A stretch of 63,509 nucleotides of DNA, the filler included, from Chiloscyllium plagiosum (lineage: Eukaryota), in assembly GCF_004010195.1 (NCBI RefSeq). It is 4 parts of one record of this genome, joined end to end, with 100 filler letters (N's around TTAATTAATTAA, not from the genome) between each part and the next. Parts side by side here need not be neighbours in the genome. Positions count along the whole stretch, not along the records: positions 58,748 to 63,509 come from NC_057712.1; 3 more parts are not named here. One strand, 5' to 3'. Positions 62,661 to 63,509 of this stretch are shown here, one piece after another. How positions within the stretch are numbered: position 1 is the stretch's first letter; every line of letters begins with the position of its first letter. A model generated the notes under the pieces. The model saw nothing but the letters and a program-made list of their open reading frames with translations, searched no databases and was not told the origin of the DNA. Position numbers and translations under genes: made by a program.

Positions 62661-63509
62661 GCTGAGTCGAAATGTGTGGCTCTGGAAAAGCACGGTCAGG
62701 CAGCATCCAAGAAGCAGGAGAGTCAATATTTCAGGCCTTTCATCAGGAATATGGAGGAGGAAGAGGGCTGAGAGATAAACAAGGGGGTGGGGGTGGGGGC
62801 AAGAAAATAGGTGGATGCAGGTGAGGGGTAATTGTGATAGGTCGGTGGTTGGGGGGACAGATGGGAAGGAAGACGGACAGGTAGGACAGATCAAGAGAAC
62901 GGTGCCAAGTTGGAGAGGTGGTTCTGGGATGACGTGGGGGAGGAGAGTTTTGGAAATTAGTGAAGTCAATGTTGATGCCGTGTGGTTGAGGGTCCCATGA
63001 TGAGGCGTTCTTCCTCCAGTTGTCAGGTGGCTTGGATTTATCAGTGGAGGAGGCCCAGGGCTTGTATGTCCTTGGGGGAGTGGGAGCGAGAGTTGAAGTG
63101 GTCAGCCACAGGGCGGGGGGCTGTTTGGTGCATGTGTCGCAGAGATGTTCCTAAAGTGCTCTGCAAATTGGCGTCCTGTCTCCCTAATGTTGAGGCGATC
63201 ACATCTGGAGCAACGGACACAGTTGATTAGGTGAGTGCATGTTCAGAAAAATCTCTGACGGAAGTGAATGATCCTTTGGGACCTTGGATGGAGATGAGGG
63301 GGGAGGTGTGGGTGCAGGTTTTACACTCTTGCGTTGCCAAGGGTAGGTGTGGGTGTGGAGCGTGGGTTGGTGGGGGTTGTGGACCTAACGAAGGCGTCAC
63401 AGGAGGAATGAACACAGAAGAAATGCAAATGGGGTGGGCTAGAAAATATATTTTTAGTGGTGGGGTCTTATTACAGGGGGTGGAAGCGACGGAGGATAAT
63501 GCGCTGTAT
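62660..63509 (-). mobile_element. Penelope-like element 3' part (GIY-YIG region and pLTR)
   Basis: CKTCTHTSPLISIQGPKGSF remnant, C-rich tail and pLTR sequence. Confidence 0.7.

Overview
Eukaryotic, repeat-dense intronic/intergenic DNA, most likely from a cartilaginous fish (shark). This is inferred from the repeat repertoire: HE1-type tRNA-derived SINEs, HER1/CR1 LINEs and Penelope elements. Almost all ORFs in the supplied track are transposon debris or noise. Real host coding signal is limited to two parts. (1) Two + strand exons (4746-4856, 23484-23650) splice in frame into the C-terminal half of a PLP-dependent C-S lyase (L-cysteine desulfhydrase / Egt2 / isopenicillin-N-epimerase-like). 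(2) Candidate terminal exons and micro-exons of an unidentified convergent - strand gene lie at 53.6-60.6 kb. The standout feature is a 3.17-kb non-autonomous LTR/ERV-like element (35425-38592, - strand) with two TG..CA LTRs, a GGAG target-site duplication, a tRNA-Leu-like PBS and a PPT. It has no recognisable gag/pol and instead carries a spliced, internally deleted, now decayed cDNA of the cellular RNA-binding gene RBPMS/RBPMS2, i.e. a retroviral gene-capture event. Other content: minimal hammerhead ribozyme motifs in Penelope terminal repeats (often in long palindromes), a solo LTR, three decayed Gypsy copies, an intron-containing tRNA-Arg pseudogene, a 21-bp minisatellite apparently born from LINE ORF2, and artificial N-TTAATTAATTAA-N scaffold linkers. 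Boundaries of old repeats are approximate.
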